A DNA stretch of 64,000 nucleotides from Obrimoposthia wandeli (lineage: Eukaryota): the NCBI GenBank assembly GCA_977020255.1, contig CDROCS010000184.1, positions 1-64,000 on the forward strand. The letters run 5' to 3'. The position numbers were made by a program, and so were the translations under genes. Shown piece after piece: positions 61,390-64,000 of the stretch. The first letter of the stretch is position 1. Every line of letters starts with the position of its first letter. Under the pieces are notes generated by a model. That model had not been told where the DNA came from. It ran no database searches and was given only the letters and a program-made list of their open reading frames with translations.

Positions 61390-64000
61390 AATTAGAGGTG
61401 TATTTTGTGAATAATAATTATCTTTATCATACCGAATAACTTCCTCAATTACATTCTCACTCATACTCTTTAACTCTAATTCGTTTGTATATACATTCGA
61501 TCGTGCTTAATTGATTTTACTTTCTCTTGCTATCATTTAGCATCATTTTCTTCCATACTTTCTAACTCTTATTTTCATTTATTTACCGATTTACATCTTC
61601 ATTAATTTATATTTTCCCTTACTATTAACATACTTGCCCTTAGCATTTAGTATTATTTGCATTCATAATATCAACATTACTGTTACTTGCACTAAGTCTT
61701 AATATAATTCAGTATTACCATCCCCCTTACTATCGATCTTATAGTTGCTAAATTGTTATTTGTTTTACTGTTATTTAGTATAACTTTCATTTATACTCTC
61801 TAACTCTAATTTTAATTTACTTTACAATATTATTTTAATTTACTTAAACTCATACTTATACTGTCAGTCTCATTCAGATTTTCAGTTTGACGTTCACTTG
61901 CCGCCCCTCTTATTTTTATTCACATTCACTTGCATTCATTTATATACTCGAAACTCTTAATTTTACACATCCTTACAAGATATTTTGAATAATATTAGAA
62001 AGTTGAATTATATATTAAAATATTAAATTGATATTCGAATGTACGAATGAATGTTATGGAACGAGTAAAGAGTTTTATTATTATTTAAATGTATGTATGA
62101 ACTTTGTTAATTGGGTTCAGTGCAAGTATGAGATAATAAAAATATGTGAAAAGTACTTCTTAATTAATATAATTGATTTCAGATTACCAATGTTTTTCAT
62201 TGATTATAGGTATTATTTGTATAATTCGCTGACAAGCATATAATTTGTGCTTATTCTTTTAAAATTTGCTTTGTAATTGTTGATTTTAAAATATTTTGTC
62301 ATTGTTGGTAGACAAAAATTACTAGCATTAAAAGGCACATTTTTAAATTAAATATATGTATAACATGTTTAACTTAGAGTTAAAATAATTGATATTAGTG
62401 TTTGAATATACATTTATATAAATACATCAATAGTGAAAAAAGAAAACGAGTTGTAATTTAAAAATATGTTTAAGAACTTTTTTTCAAAATTTTAGTTTTA
62501 AAACAAAACGAACATGAACATTTAACACCAAATTTGTAAAAATATACAGTTAACTGTAAATGTAAAAATATAATACAAGTTAGTTAATATCTTATGTTGT
62601 ATTATTCTTTATTCTTAACTAAAGTGTGTAATTTAGATTTTCTTTAAACCTGAGTATTTTTTAAATTATTTATCAATATTACACATCATTTTATTTTTTT
62701 AAATAAATTAAACGATAATGAATATTAAAGGATATGTTTCAGAAATTAAATATAATATGTTTTATTTTTAAAAATATTTTATTTTATGTTTAACTCCAAT
62801 TTTGAGTTTACAATACATTATATTTGTATTTTAAAACAATAAAAACCATGCAAAACCAGCGAAAATTTAAATATTTTAAAAAATAGTTGATTTTTGAATT
62901 TCTAATCCAAAATTTGCTTTATTTAATAAGCTGAACTTTCATATTATTTTAATTATATTTTGTTGTAAATTAAAATTTGTTCAACTCTAAAAAATATCAG
63001 TAAAATAATTTAACATAAATTTTAGTTTTAAAAAAATTATAAAAATTTATTGCTAAAATTTATTAAATCTAAACAATTAAATCATTGCGGTGATTTAAAT
63101 ATTTATTTTAGAAAAGTATATGTAATTACCATAAAGGTAAAGTTAAGCTCATCTTTAATAGACGAACTCATCATGAAATAAAAAAGCTTGTTTGTTCTGA
63201 TTATTATCTTTATCTTGTAGATGTCAATAAATAAATGGTTGAACCCAAAGTATCTAAACAAATATCTACTTGAATCTTTTAATTCTAACCTTTTTTGATG
63301 TTTTCATCTATGGTTGACCATACCATTATTGTTGAACTTGCCTTCTAAAGATGAACCCTATCAGATACTCAAGCCTTGAAATAAAAAAGGCATTTATGTC
63401 AACACTTTCATCTATGGTTGACTACAATCCTTTAACTGTGTTACCCAACCGTAGACGGTCACAACCAGGCCCTGTAAGAGCCACTTGGAGGCCCATGTCA
63501 GGTTATATATGTTTTCCTTTATACTGAAAAATTAAAATTTGTACGTATTTATTGATCCGAAATAAAATAAAAATCAGATTCAAAATTTCAAAACACTAAA
63601 ACTAAATGTTTAAAAAAATAAACCGACCTTGTTTATTTTTTAATATTTATTATCAATAGTAAAAGATAAAATAAAACAATTACCTGTATTTTAAATTTTT
63701 TGGATTTTAAAAAATACAATTATAGAGTTGGATTCAGTGTTTAAACAAAATACTTCAATAGCACTATTTTTAAAATTTTTACAAACTAAATTTGTTAATA
63801 TTTATTAACACTATTTATTACTTACTTTTTAGTAGCTAACTAACAACTGTTACATACATTTTTATACGCAAAAAAGATTGGAATCATGATTGCATACTAT
63901 TGTTTTAAATTTTTCTTTAAAATTTTGAATTCATAAAATGATAAAACATATAACGTACCGCAAAATTTTCTAAGTCTGAAAGTTTTGCAGATTTTGAGTT

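Noticed and set aside
61000-64000. Short 60-70-aa ORFs here and throughout the AT-rich introns
   Set aside because: F/I/L/K/N-biased translations expected from AT-rich non-coding DNA; no splice or motif support.

Overview
Very AT-rich eukaryotic (probably invertebrate) genomic window with one 271-N gap (60234-60504); no prokaryotic features. (1) About 51 kb (705-51514, minus strand) is one host gene. I reconstruct it by hand as about 13 GC-richer GT-AG exons with consistent phases (about 995 aa): unrecognised globular N-terminal half, two AT-hooks, low-complexity Q/S/P tail. (2) Its introns are full of decayed transposons: Tc1/mariner, pogo, piggyBac, hAT, L2-like LINE, gypsy, a tRNA-derived element and Polinton fragments. 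(3) Upstream lie a deleted gypsy element and a 5.1-kb Polinton/Maverick (adintovirus-like) endogenous virus remnant (55691-60783). It encodes a truncated minor capsid, an integrase-chromodomain, small basic proteins and a packaging ATPase. Most interestingly, it also carries a two-repeat TATA-binding-protein homologue split by a 38-nt intron, transcribed divergently from a second spliced gene (35-nt intron), each with a TATA+Inr promoter. The element ends in a perfect 86-bp palindrome next to an AGTAG terminus. All protein-family calls are motif recognition by eye; no searches were run.
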